64,000 nt of DNA from Hormiphora californensis (Eukaryota > Animalia > Ctenophora): contig CM035351.1 in the NCBI GenBank assembly GCA_020137815.1, forward strand, positions 3,348,001-3,412,000. The letters run 5' to 3'. Under the pieces are notes generated by a model. That model searched no databases. It had not been told where the DNA came from and saw only the letters and a list, made by a program, of their open reading frames with translations. The position numbers and the translations under genes are program-made. Below are positions 14,896 through 33,340 of the stretch, piece by piece (the stretch's first letter is position 1; every line of letters begins with the position of its first letter).

Positions 14896-17800
14896 ATGGC
14901 AGACTCACAAACACTCAAACGAACAAACAATTCGGCACAGTGCAGAAAGAAGAGGAGAACTGCCGTGGGTGAGATTCAGAAAATTCCCCCGGAGCAACCC
15001 ACTTTTCAAGTAGTGGACGGTCTGAGATATGTTGTCCCTTACAAGTTCCTTTTCAAGGCCTACGCCAAAAAGAGGTGGTTCGGGCGAACCATTATGGAGG
15101 TGAGAGTCAAATCCTTCATACTAACCCCGTGTGTATTATACACATGTGTGAAAGCCCTCACAGTAGTGTAACATTACTAAGTACATTCAGGGCCCTCTCT
15201 CTTTTTTCCTATGTTTCCCTCCCTCCCTCTCATTCTAGCCCTCTCCTGTGAACTCATTTCACTAATCTGAAATCTCCTACCCCAGGTGTTTTCCCAAGAA
15301 TTTCAAGCATACACCGAGGATTATTACAATAGAGCCCTGGAGAGCGAGAGAATTACAGTAAACGCCGAGAAAGCAGGTCCTGGCCATGTCTTACAGGATC
15401 ATGATTTTATTGCTCACTACATTCATCGACACGAACCTCCTGTGTTGGATAAAGAAATTGAGATCATTTGTCAAGATGAACAGGTAGTGAATTTCTCTCT
15501 CTCATTCTGTATCTCCCCCCTCCCCTCTCTCTCTCCCCTCTCACCCCCTCTCTCTCCCCTCTCTCTCACCTTCTCTCTTTTCCTCCTTTTCCCCCTCCCC
15601 CCATGCACCTGGGTTGACAACTTTTCTGCCCCTGTTTTCCTGTATAATCACAAACAGCTGGGTGACGAATTTTTTGTTTGACTGTGTAGAAAGCACCGGC
15701 CAGCCATTAGAAAACTCCGCCAGGGGCTATAGGAGGGCGTGTACCTGGCTGCAGCCTATAACAGTGTCGGTCGGGTATTATAATACACGGGGAGAAATGA
15801 GACTGGGTAGAAAGGTGTTAGGAATGAGCTGAGACAATGTGAGGTAGTGAATTAGAGAATATTGAGTGAGACATTGTGAGAGAATTAGAGAAATTGAATG
15901 GAGACTGGAGACAATGTGGTAGAGAGAGAGAGAGAGACAAAGATAGAGAGATGGTGAGAGAGAGAGATGGTGAGAGAGAGGGAGAGAGAGGGAGAGAGAG
16001 AGAGAAAATGAGCTGAGTGGTATAGTAGTGAGAGAGAAGCCTGGTAAAGTTGCACACGCCCGTAGTAGTTTGATCCAGCTCGTACTGCACACTCGTATTA
16101 TATCTCTCAGAGACAGTGAGTCTCACTTTCAGTCTTCCTTCCTCTCTTCCTAATTCGCTATAACGCATATTATATCCCGACTTCGTGTTTTAATCAATCC
16201 ACTCTCCAGCCCCTACGACCCCCCCCCCCCCTCTTAGTTCCCGCTATAGCTGAAAACAGTGTTTTAATCAGTCCCCAGGCCCTCTCCAGTCCCCTCTCCG
16301 GCCCCTATCAGACCTCCACTCCTCACTCTGTCAACATTGTTTCACAGGTATTGGTTGTTAACAAGCCCTGCTCTGTACCGGTCCACACTACAGGGCGGTT
16401 CCACCACAATACCCTCCTAAAGATGCTGGAACTGCGGTTCAAGATCCCTCTGTATACATGCCACCGGTTAGACAGGCTAACATCGGGTGTTATTGTGTTA
16501 CTGAAGGATGCTACATCTGCACGGACGTACTCTGATCTGGTGAGTGGTGGTGGGGGGTCTGGTGGGTGAGTGAGGTCAGTAAAAAGTACTCTGACCTGGT
16601 GAGTGGTGGGTGAGTGGTGGGGGGGGGGTTTTGGGGTCTGGTGGGTGGGTGAGTGAGGTCAGTAAAAAGTACTCTGATCTGGTGAGTGGTGGGGGGGGTC
16701 TGGTGGGTGGGTGAGTGAGGTCAGTAAAATAGTTATCTGATCTGGTGAGTGGTGGGGGGGGGGTTGTGGGGTCTGGGGTCTGGTGGGTGAGTGAGTTCAG
16801 TAAAATAGTTATTTGATCTGGTGAGTGGTGGGGGGGGGGGGGGGGTTGTGGGGTCTGGTGGATGGGTGGGTGAGGTCAGTAAAAAGTACTCTGATCTGGT
16901 GAGTGGTGGGGGGGGGGGTTGTGGGGTCTGGTGGATGGGTGGGTGAGGTCAGTAAAAAGTACTCTGATCTGGTGGGGGGGGGGGGGGGGGTTGTGGGGTC
17001 TGGTGGGTGAGTGAGGTCAGTAAATAGTTATCTGATCTGGTGAGTGGGGGGGGGGGGTTGTGGGGTCTGGTGGGTGAGTGAGGTCAGTAAAATCTGGTGA
17101 GTGGTTGCCTTGTTCGACCCTCTCTCACTCTCTTGTTAGAACATTATAACAAGTGAGTGAGTGATGTCAGTGAAAACTCAACCTTTTCTTTGTGTAGCCC
17201 ACACTGCATTGTATTTCTGCATATAATGCGCTCTGTGAGGGTTCGGCAGATCAGGCCTTTCTCAATGCGCCTCGTGGGCTGGGTTAGAACAAGTAAAACA
17301 GCATTTTCAGGATTGCTAAACATCCTTCCTCTGTTTCAGTTTATTGCGCACAAAGTTAAGAAGAGTTATCTGGCGCTCTGCAAGGGGCACTTTCCAGCTG
17401 GAAGGACATCCTGCAACCAACCCATCCTCCACGTCTGTAGGAAACTAGGAATATCGAGAGTGGACAAAGAAAATGGAAAACCATGTCACACAGACATAAC
17501 CCTCCTTCACTATTGTCCAACATCAGATACAAGTCTGGTACTGTGTTCTCCTACAACGGGTCGGATGCACCAGATTAGGGTTCATTTGGCGAGTTTGGGA
17601 CATCCCATACCCAACGATCCGATCTACAGCAGAGATAACTGGGCTAGGAAGAGTACGGTAGAGTTTAGTGCAGAGTTATCCAAGGCCCTGTTTGAGTTTG
17701 ATCATGTCGTGAGCGGTGATATCATCACTACAAATAAGGTCACAGCTAGTGATAGTGGTAATACTAGTGAGGTTACTGCCCCTTCTATTGATATCAGTAG

Positions 17801-18222
17801 TGATGACGTCACAAATACTAGTGAGGTTACTGCCCCGTCCAATGACGTCATAATTCCTTCCAATGACGTCATAATCCCGTCCAATGACGTCACGAATGAA
17901 CCAACATCTGATAAGACATGCAACACGGTATCGGGGGATGGGGTGAAGAAGGCAGCTCAAGTTTCAATGGATAACCAGGGCCGGTTTATCCTGGACGGGA
18001 AGGTATTCCTGCCCATCCCTCAACTAGATGGAGGTGTGGATATTGAGTGTCCAGAATGTAGTGTGACCCGGCTAGTGCCCCACAAGGAGGATATGTTGAT
18101 ATACCTTCATGCTGCACGATACCAACTTAATGGAAGGGTCGTTCACTGCACCACTACCTGACTGGGTGAAGGAGGAATGGATTCCAGAGGAGCACAGAGA
18201 GTTCCTTGGATTGAATTCTTAA
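14896..18222 (+). CDS. RPUSD2: RluA-family pseudouridine synthase, RPUSD2-like
   Basis: Exons 14896-15099, 15286-15483, 16348-16539, 17340-18222. Motifs GLRYVVPY, AKKRWFGR, HRHEPPV, VVNKP, HRLDRLTSG (catalytic Asp), TGRMHQIRVHL, LHAARY. An apparent 1-nt insertion near 18137 interrupts the C-terminus SFTAPLPDW... Confidence 0.9.
16525..17105. repeat. G-rich ~60-bp tandem repeat built from the RPUSD2 exon-3 end plus splice donor
   Basis: About 9 units of TCTGATCTG|GTGAGTGG-(G)n-TCTGGTGGGTGAGTGAGGTCAGTAAAA. Confidence 0.9.
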
Positions 18223-18610
18223 ATCTTATTTTTTTATCATGTCCTTTTTATGACCTTTAATCTTTATGTAATACTGTTGGCGAGCACCTTTGCTCATTAA
18301 AAAGCGCCTGACACCTGACAATTCGCATATATTGTAGACGTCACTGCCACTCTCTCGGAACTCTTTCTATCTCTCTCTCTCTTTCTATCTCGCGCTCTCT
18401 CTCTTTCTCCCTCATTCCCCCTCTATTTTAATCTCTCTCTCATTTTCTCTCTCACTATATCTTTCTTTCTCTCTCGCTCACTCTCTGTGATTATTTGTAC
18501 CGGATAATATTAAAGTAATTTCCCTCATTTATCTTCCTCTAGAGCTCACAGAAAGTAAATTTGATGGATATTTTACAACCCCTGGTTATTAAGCTTAGCT
18601 AGCTCTAAAT

Positions 18611-19438
18611 GGGGGGGGGGCCGGCTGAAGTTTTTGAAGTTTGAAGTTTTCCACCCTACTTTTTGAGTTTTTGAAGTTTTTGAAGTTGACTTCAAAAACT
18701 TCAAAAACTTCAAAAACTCTAAACTACTTTTATATGCTATCAGTGACTATTATTACACTTGTTTAGGTTAGTTTCATGCCTAATACATATTGTGGCAAAG
18801 TTATCCGTCCTTGTCTTCCCTTTTTCTACCACAAATTAGGATATTAACAATGATTCCTAGCCATGAAATCATTGGCACAATTTGGTGTAAAAAATTAAAT
18901 TTTTTGTAAAAACAGATTTTATTTTCATTCTATAACTCAGAAAATTGCCTAGAAAATGCTAAGAAAGTGTTTAAAAATTATGAAGTAAATTTTCAAATTT
19001 TTTTTGGGGCCACACCCTTTTTGCCAGTTTCACAAAATGCAAATTTTTTTATGAAGGGAGTAGTGAAAAAAACATGGACACCAAAATCATCAGCGGCCTC
19101 GAGTTAGTGGGGGTACGTGCCAAAATGAAGTTTCCACCTCATCTAATTCGAGGGATAATGGGATATTTTCATAATTTTGTGTGTGCGCATGACTTTTTTT
19201 GGGCTAAACCAGTTTTAATGGTTTATGAGTGACTATAGGCTTTTGTAAAAGGGTTGCATCTTGTCGGAATATGGCAAGTTTATATAAGAGTTATGAAGCA
19301 CTAGGGCCTTCTCCACGGTTTGGAGTTATGAGTTTTTTTGAAGTTTGTAGTTGTTTGAAGTTTTCCACCCTAAGTTTCTCTTTGAAGTTTTTTGAAGTTG
19401 ACTTCAAAAACTCAAAAACTTCACGCCGGCCCCCCCCC
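18611..19438. mobile_element. MITE with G-run/CCGGC termini and TTGAAGTTTT sub-terminal repeats
   Basis: GGGGGGGGGGCCGGCTGAAGTTTTTG at the left end; CAAAAACTTCACGCCGGCCCCCCCCC at the right end. TSD unclear. Confidence 0.65.
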
Positions 19439-19599
19439 TCTAATACTCTGTCTGCGTCTCGCTCTCGCTCCCATTTTAATATAAAACAGCTGACCAAATA
19501 GAGATAATAATATTTAAATGAGGTATAGTGATCATACCATCTATCATCCTTCTTTTTCATCAACTCTTCTATCGATATTTTCAGCCGATTCCTTCTTTT

Positions 19600-22480
19600 C
19601 GACTGAAAGAAAAAAGGGGGGGAAAAAAGGGGGGGGGGGAAGAGGGAAGAAAAGAGAGAGAGAAAGGGCTTGGGGAAAAAAAGGGGGGTTAAAATTTTTT
19701 TGTGAAGATTTCGGGGAAAAAAGAAGAATTGTGGGGGAAAAAGGGGGGAAAAAGGGGGGAAAAAGAAAGAGGGAGAGGGGGGGGAAAAAAAAAAAAAAAA
19801 AAGGGGGGGGAAAAAGGGGTTTAAAATTTTTGGCATTGGCTTAGGACAAATAAAAAAATTTTTTAGAGTTTAAAAACTTTGTCTCCCCGTTTTTCCCCCC
19901 CATTTCCGGGGGTTTTACCCCCCCTTTTTTGAATTTTTTTAATTTTTTTAAAAATCTCCTTTTAAAAAAACCCCCCCCCATATAATTTATCTTTTCCCAA
20001 AAAAAATGTTAAGTGCTTTCATATTAAAAAAGAAAAAAAAATAGTTTTTTTCTTTTGGGTTTTTTTAAACGGGTTTTAATTTATTTAAAATTTTTTAAAA
20101 CTTTTACAAAATTACTTTTTAAATTTAATTTTTTAAAAGGGTACATTTCCCCCCCTTTTTTTATAATTTAATTTTTTTTAACTCATTTTTTTTTTTTTAA
20201 TTTTTTTTTTTTTTCTTATTTTCTTTTCCCCAGGGGGGGGGGGTTGAAAAAAAAAAAAGGTTTTTTTGGCTTTTTTTTTTCCCTTAACCTCCCTGGGTGC
20301 CCCCTTTCGCCGCTTTTTTTTGGGGGGCCCCCTTTTTTTCCCCTTTAATTTTTAAACCTTTAATCCCTTTCCCCTTCCCCCCCTTTTTTTTCCCCTTTTA
20401 TACCCGTTTCAAACCAGATTTTTTTTAAAAGGGGTCCCCTCTGTCAGTTAATTTTTTTGGGGGGGGGCCCCGGGGAAACATTTCCCCTTTTAAAAAAAAA
20501 GGGGGGGGCCCAAAGGGAAAAAAAAAAGGGGGAAGGGGAAAAAAGGGGGGAAAAAGGGGAAAAAAAGGGGGGGGAAAAAGGGGGAAAGAAAAAAAAAAAA
20601 AGGGGGGGGGGGGGGAAAAAAGAAAAAGAAAAAACGGGGGGGGGGGGGGAAAGGAAGGGGGGGAAAGGGTGTTTTTAAAAAAAGGGGGGGGGGGCCCTTT
20701 TTTTTTGGGGCTTAAAAACCTTTTTTTTCCACGGCCTCTTCCCCCCTTTTATGTTGTTTAAATTTATCCCAAACCCCCAGTTTTCCCCGTCCCCCAGTTA
20801 AAATTTTTAAAAACCCCCCAACCAGTTTAATTTTTCCCTTTAAAATCCCCCTTTTCCCCATAATTTTCCAAAAAAAACAGAGTTTTTGGCCCCCCGGTGG
20901 TTTAAAAATCTCCTTTAACACATTTTTTAAAACCCCCTTTTTACAATTTAATTTTGGGGATTTATCAAAAAGGGAAAAAAAGATTAAAATTTTTTTTTTC
21001 CTTTTTAAAAACCCCGGGGCTTTTATTTGAATATCCTGCAGGTGAAAAACGTAATTCTTTTTTTTTTTAAAAAGGGGATCATCCTTTTAAAAAAACCCTA
21101 AAATTAAAATCCCCCCTTTTTCCCTCTAATTTGTTCCCCCAAAAAAGGTTTTTTCCCTGTTCATTAAACTCACTAAGTCCTTTTCGTTGTATATATTTTT
21201 GGGTTTTAAACCTCTTCCCCCCCCTTTTTCCCCTCCCCCCCTTTTCCCCAAAAACTTTTTTTCCTTTTTTAAAAGGGGGAAAATTGGTCCCCTTTTGGGT
21301 GAAAAAGGGGGGTTTTTTTTTCCCAAAATAAAGAAAAAAATTTTTAAAAAAGGGGGGGGGGGGCCCCCCGGGGGAAAAAGGGTCCCTTTTTCCCTCCCCC
21401 CCCCCCCTTTTCCCCCCCTTCCCCCTTTTTCCCCCCCCCCACCCCCTTCCTTCCCCCTTTTAACCCCCCCTTTTTTCCCCCCCAAACCCAAAAAATTTCC
21501 TTTTGAGGGTTTAAAAATTTTAAATCCAAAAAAGGGGAAAAATTTTTTTCCTTTTTTTTTCCCCTCCCCTTTTGCCGTTTAAGGCCATCATCCCCCCTCC
21601 CCCCCCCGAAAAGGGGCCCATTTTTAAAAAAGGGAAAACCCAAACCAAATTCGGGGGGAGAAACCCCCTTGGGGGCCCCCTTTGGGGGTTTTTTCCCTTT
21701 TTCCCATTTTTTTTTTTTCCCCCCTTTTCCCTCTCTCCCCTCCCTCCTCTTTTTCTCACATTTCTTTCTCTTTTTACAACAACTTCCTCCCAGACCCCCA
21801 ATTTATTCATCATCCCTAAACCCTTCCTTTTTTAAAAACCCCAATCCCCCCCGTGTTCCTCAAGCTGATGAACCTACTTTTTGCCCAAAAAAAACCCGGG
21901 AAAATTCCCCCCCCAAAACTTCCTTCCCAAATTTTAATCCCCTTCCTTTTTCACAATAATTACCTAATTAGGGAACAAAGGGGGAAAAAGTTTTGGAATT
22001 TGGTCCCCCCCCCCCCCCCCCAAAAAAAAAAATTTTATTCGGCCCCCCCCAAAAATTTTAATAAAACGGACAAAACCAAAGACCTTACTAATAAGTCAAT
22101 TTACCCCCTTTTGGGAAACAGCCCTTTCTTGGGGAATTGGGGTATTTTTGGGAACTAGTAGGGAATCTGGGGGGAAAGGGAAAACCCAAGGGGGGGGGGG
22201 AAAAATTTGGGGGGAAATGGAAAAGGGGAAAGGGCTTTTGGGGGGCCCCCCCCCTCCCCCCCCCCCCGGGGGGAAAAAAGGGCCCGGGGAAAAATGGCAG
22301 GGTTGGCCCAAACCCCAAAAAGCAAATTTAAATAGCTGTTTTTGGGAAAGCCCCAAATAAAAAAAATAAGGGGGGGCCTCAATTTGGGGGGTTTTTTTTC
22401 AAGTTGAATTTTGGCCCCGGCGGGGGGTAACTCCGCGGCGGGATATAAAACCCGGGCCGCACCCCAAAAATCTCCCGGCT
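19600..22480. other. Homopolymer-inflated, low-quality sequence (probable assembly or read artefact)
   Basis: Almost entirely long A/C/G/T runs. 21780-22100 is a corrupted copy of 22555-22990 (Rap1 intron and exons). Confidence 0.85.
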
Positions 22481-22769
22481 GAAAGGGGAAAAGGTAGAGA
22501 GAGGAGAAGCATAGCGAGAGAGCCATTTCTCTCTCTCTTCCTCTATCATACACACTTTCTCTCCCACGACCCCCATATCATATTCATCATCCCTCACTAT
22601 CCATATGTCCGTTATTACATCACCAATCTCCCCCTGTGTTCCTCAAGTTCATGATGACACCTACTATTTTGTCCCAAATATTCCTCGATAAATCTCCTAG
22701 GAAAACCTTCTCCCCCTCCATTACTACTTACACTTCCACTAAAATGTTAATACCCTTCCTTTATTTCAG

Positions 22770-24064
<1,295 letters not shown>

Positions 24065-24114
24065 AGGGGGACAATGATCACATCTATTAATGTGTTTACT
24101 CTCCTTTAGAGATA

Positions 24115-24116
24115 GA

Positions 24117-24186
<70 letters not shown>

Positions 24187-24210
24187 AGAGAGAGATAGAG
24201 AGAGAGAGAT
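24115..24210. repeat. (AG)n microsatellite downstream of Rap1 last exon B
   Basis: Direct reading of the sequence. Confidence 0.9.
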
Positions 24211-25707
24211 AGCGAGGATACTGTATCACATGGTGTGATATGTGTTTGTGTGAAAGAGATTTGTGAGGTATAATTTCAAAGCGGATATTGAAATGACAAT
24301 ATTTTGGATATCTTGACCCGCCCTGATATCCCCAAAAAAGTTTTCCCTTATGTTATGTGTAGGTTTTTTCATATAATCAATTATATATATACCCAACATG
24401 AGAGAGAGCTAGTAACTTAATTCATGTGTCTATGATTAATCTCCTTTTTATTATACCCCACTGTTTTAAAATATGTATCCTTCTTTTTGAAACCATCTTG
24501 ATCTTTAAAGTTGTGTCAATATAATCTCACCGGCAGAGAGTTATGATATGTTGTATTGTGTCTGTTACAATTCCCTGTATACCACTGACACCCCAATACC
24601 GTTATTAATTAATTGGTTGATTAATTAGGATTAATTAATTAGGGGTATCAACCACACTCGTCACCTAGTTTTTCTCATATACAACTTTGTACATAGAAAC
24701 TTACTGTAAAGGTTTAAAAAAGAAACGTGTTTCCTTTTTTCTTCGGAGAGGTTTCAATTGCAGAAAGCCGGGGTGGATTGCCCTCTCTTTCTCCCTCTTT
24801 CTTTCTCCCCACTCCCTCATTGAAACCTCTCCGATTATATCCACATTGTCTGAATGTTCAACAATGCAGCTGGTTAAAACATATAAAAGCACACATTATA
24901 TATTTGGGAAAAGAAAGTGAAACATACAAGCCAAATATAACCACACACGTTGTTTTAACTGTTAGTTTGTGCTAAAAAGGAATAAGTGGTGATCTAAAAC
25001 TGCAGCTCCAACGCTGCTGAAAATATATTCCCTCTAAAACAAGGCGCCTGCCATAAAATGGGTTACACGACGGGGGAGGGGTTGCGACACAACCGGTTGG
25101 GTGGGGTCCTCTATTGGCCAAGTCAACCCACAATTCTTATCACATTCGAATCTGTCAGAGCGTTGGCCTGACAGATTCGAATGGAATTGGCTGGATCTAA
25201 ATCGTGGCCAATCTGCCAGGCCAATGCTCCAACAGTGGCCAATCTGCCAGGGGATATTGTTGACAAAAGGGGTTCGTCAACCCCCTCCCCCACTCCGAGA
25301 TGTAATGGTATATCCCAGTTTATCAAGGTCCATTAGCAGCTAATATAATAGCTCGTGACCTAGTTGATAGGTGGTATAACACTTGCCGATAATTATAGAG
25401 ATGTGTATAAAAATTAAAAAATAACATTTCCCCATCACAGTAACACTAAATAAAGGCAAAAGCCGGATGACCACAAACACACTCGATCAGGAACTATCGA
25501 CTCTCCCTATAATTAGAGAGTAATTAACACATAATTAGATCAGGATATTTTACTGTAATTTAGGGCACAATTAGAACACGTGCGAGGGGTATGTTACTTT
25601 TGGCTTGAGCCCGAGAACCATCTCTTCTTTTTATTACAAAAGCACCTAAATGTCACATTTCACAAACACACAGACACACAAACAATAAATGTTTTTTTAA
25701 CGAATTA

Positions 25708-29866
<4,159 letters not shown>

Positions 29867-30390
29867 CTTAATATCTCTTTCACATCATCATCATTAGGGC
29901 TAGCAAAGAAATACGTTTGAGAATTATTATTATTTATGTCCCTTTTTAAAACAAGCATGGTGGTGGTCAGCGGCGTGACTCGGGAGGTCGCACGAGGCAA
30001 TAGCATTTGTACAAAATCGGAAATCCACTTTGATTTTGCAGTTTAATGGAAAATTAAGGACTCATTTAGATTGACAGTAGGCGGTCAGTGGTGACGTTAA
30101 TATCGTGAAATATCGGTCAAACTTTGACTTACCAAAAGGTAAAAGCCAAGCATTTGTTTAATACTTCTCCTTCACGTTCCCTTACGCAACAGCAAAACAA
30201 TAAAAGTAGGAAGACTTGGAGTCCTGAATAGAGAGCCTCGTCCCTCCAGGAGACTCCAAGGACCAGGACCCAGGTGCCACACAGGAGCGTCTCATGCGTG
30301 GAATATGAATATGAATATGAACTTCACAATTTATATCGAGTCAATATAAGAAAATATATGACTCTCCCGCTCTTACACTATACGTATAAA

Positions 30391-31317
30391 ATATTAGGTC
30401 ATTCCATAAAGAATTTCGTGTCCCGATATCTTAGGACCTATTAGAGATAGAGACTTCTACCTAGTTTTAACTTGTTCAGTGGACGATTCTCTACCTGGAA
30501 ACATGTTTGGAATAGTATACGACCATTTGAAGTGCTCGAAAATTGGTGCTATGACACCGGAAGTCGTGCTGCCGCTGCACGGGGTTCCCAGAGTTTTTCA
30601 AACGCCGCTGGAACAGAGCCGGTACACATTTTTTACTTTCTACAGTGCTCAATCGATAGCCCATCGTCTAAGGATGAGATATATATGTGATTTGGGTCTC
30701 GACGCGTTGCCTAAAAACCTCTAGGACAGTAAATGTAACATCAAAAATCGAAAAAGTGCAAAATCTGACCTCAATTTTCGGCCTGTTTTGGGGGTATCTT
30801 CGAAAACGTCAATTAGTCACTTTTATATGTTGACAAATCGAATAATTGGCTTCACTATGGCATAGAACTTACTTAGAACTATCTTTTACTGCAAAGTTTT
30901 TGATTATAAGCCACTCCTATAAAACGTAAAGGGACCCGGAAGTGAAGTTTTCCAATTTTTACCAAAAATTTTTGGAGGCCCATTGCTCAGCCGCGAATAA
31001 AGCTAGGATCTTCTAATACGTCTTAAACGAAAGAGAATTGTCTAATGAACAAGCTTGATGCAATAAAACATCCCACAGATGCAATATTTAAGAAGTACAG
31101 CAGTTTCAGTACTATGCGCGTTTTTCCCGTGCAGCGGCAATTTGAGTTCAATTTTTTCCGGGTTCGCCGAGAGCCACGCCTGATCAAAAATTTCAAAATA
31201 ACTACTGTTGTGAGTAGTCAAGAGCTCAATTAACAAGCTAGAAAAGGGTCTATGTGAACATCTTGAGTACTTTCGAAAATATCGGGACACGAAATTCTTT
31301 ATGGAACGACCTAATAT
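30391..31317. mobile_element. Unclassified MITE with ~38-bp TIRs
   Basis: ATATTAGGTCATTCCATAAAGAATTTCGTGTCCCGATAT ... ATATCGGGACACGAAATTCTTTATGGAACGACCTAATAT (1 mismatch). Confidence 0.8.
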
Positions 31318-31539
31318 AGTTAAAAATTAAGTACATTAATATACGCTTCCAGGCCGAGGCTAATAGCACAACAGCAGTTACCTAAAGCGGGACAAACACA
31401 CACAGACGAACCAATGAGACTGGTAACAATGAGCTGAGAGCCAAACGGACAGATAGATTTAACCAGATTTAATAAATTACTAAAATCAAATAGAAAAAGG
31501 CGAATAAGTTAGTTAAAAATACGGTAGTTACAAAACACC

Positions 31540-31541
31540 AC

Positions 31542-31612
<71 letters not shown>

Positions 31613-31690
31613 ATACACACACTCACTCACACACACACACACACACACACACAACTCACACTCAAACTCACACTCACTCTCACACTTACA
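31540..31690. repeat. (CA)n microsatellite
   Basis: Direct reading of the sequence. Confidence 0.95.
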
Positions 31691-31853
31691 CTTATACCCC
31701 AACACCCAAAAAATAAAGATAAAGACATACACAAAACACAAATAAGTTAAGTTAAATAAGTTAATTTAAAAAAAAAAAAAAAAAAAAATTGTCATCACAC
31801 AAGAGAACACAAAGGTGCACACACAAACGGACACAGCATACCTAGACTACTTG

Positions 31854-33340
31854 ATTCTACACCTGCCACTTGTAATACGTTTCTCGATTGTTACTCTTGT
31901 TAATTTGGTCTGGAAATGGCATATCATTTCCCCTTTCTAACTCTACTAATTCACTTTATTCACTTCTCAATCCCTTCTGAATGCTCCCCCAGCAGTCCCC
32001 CAGCAGTCCCTAGCAATTATCAGAGTGATTACGTCTCGTTGTGTTGTCCCGTCCCCTCTCTTCAGATAAAATCTCACACTTAGCACTCTTCTCTATTCTC
32101 TCCCTGTTTCATTCCCATGGCAACGCCTCCATATGTATCGATCATGTCTTTGGAGATATTACACCACCAGCAGCCACTGTGTGGCGCGCATTTCCGCTTC
32201 AAATGCGCGGCTCAAACAGCTCTGAATCATCAAATGCAATCCCTGGTTTGATAAAGGAGCACACTGCAGTAATCTGGTGCATAACAACTTCATTCTACAC
32301 CTGCCACTTGTAATACGTTTCTCGATTGTTACTCTTGTTAATTTGGTCTGGAAATGGCATATCATTTCCCCTTTCTAACTCTACTAATTCACTTTATTCA
32401 CTTCTCAATCCCTTCTGAATGCTCCCCCAGCAGTCCCCCAGCAGTCCCTAGCAATTATCAGAGTGATTACGTCTCGTTGTGTTGTCCCGTCCCCTCTCTT
32501 CAGATAAAATCTCACACTTAGCACTCTTCTCTATTCTCTCCCTACCTCCCACCCCCTCCACCCCGCCCCCTCCACCCCCGCCCCACCTCCCCCACCCCTG
32601 CCCTTCCCAATTTAGAGCACTTTGTTACACAGGCCACTACAGCGACAATCCTTGTGTTTTGGTGCACTAAGTCGCTTATCGCGTGTAACAGTTATCACTG
32701 GTCTTATCTATATTATCCGACTTGTCTTCTACAACATTTTACACTCTACGTTGGTACTGCCCCACGCCTTATTTGTGTTCGATCGTCTTTTATCTTTACC
32801 TGTAATTGAAAGGAATACACCTCTCACCTCATCACCAACAACATCACGGTATCAATCATACATCAAATACTGTAAGTTCATCTGTCTGTATTGACTGTTC
32901 ATTCATTGTGTACAATTGATAATGTTACCGGATTTAACCTTACCAACCAATTATTTAATTAGAGCTACTATAGACAGACTACCCCAGACCCAAGCTTGAG
33001 AAGTGTCCACTCGACGGACCGTCGTCGTAACAAACAAACGAACAGGCTTACTTGCACAGCCACCCAAGCTTGAAAATCTGCCCCCTAACTTGTCATGTTG
33101 CTTATTCGCAAGATAACTGCAAATGTCCTCACGGGGCGGAGATGCGAAGAGTGCAACCGACCTTTAACCGTGGGGGCTGCGTAAGTGTCTGGCAAGTACA
33201 ATGACTGACTGACATTAAGAATGCCATGATATTAACTGACCACAACACGATGACAGACGCTATGACGAGGTTGCAATGTCGTTCTGCCCTAACGGGCAGA
33301 GTTTGGCACGCTATAACCTATCTGTACCACCACCACCACC
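31854..33340 (+). mobile_element. Retroposed insertion with 14-bp TSD, (CCA)n tail and internal 252-bp direct repeat
   Basis: ACCTAGACTACTTG at 31840-31853 and 33341-33354. 31854-32105 is repeated at 32292-32543. The 3' end is ACCACCACCACCACC. Confidence 0.7.

Noticed and set aside
19229-22597. Many G/K/P/F-rich ORFs
   Set aside because: They are translations of homopolymer-inflated artefact sequence.
25590-25650. Possible alternative Rab35 last exon after TTTAG (could read CFCNKKKRWF.. or VLL*)
   Set aside because: No convincing in-phase donor and no homology to the real last exon. Probably 3' UTR.
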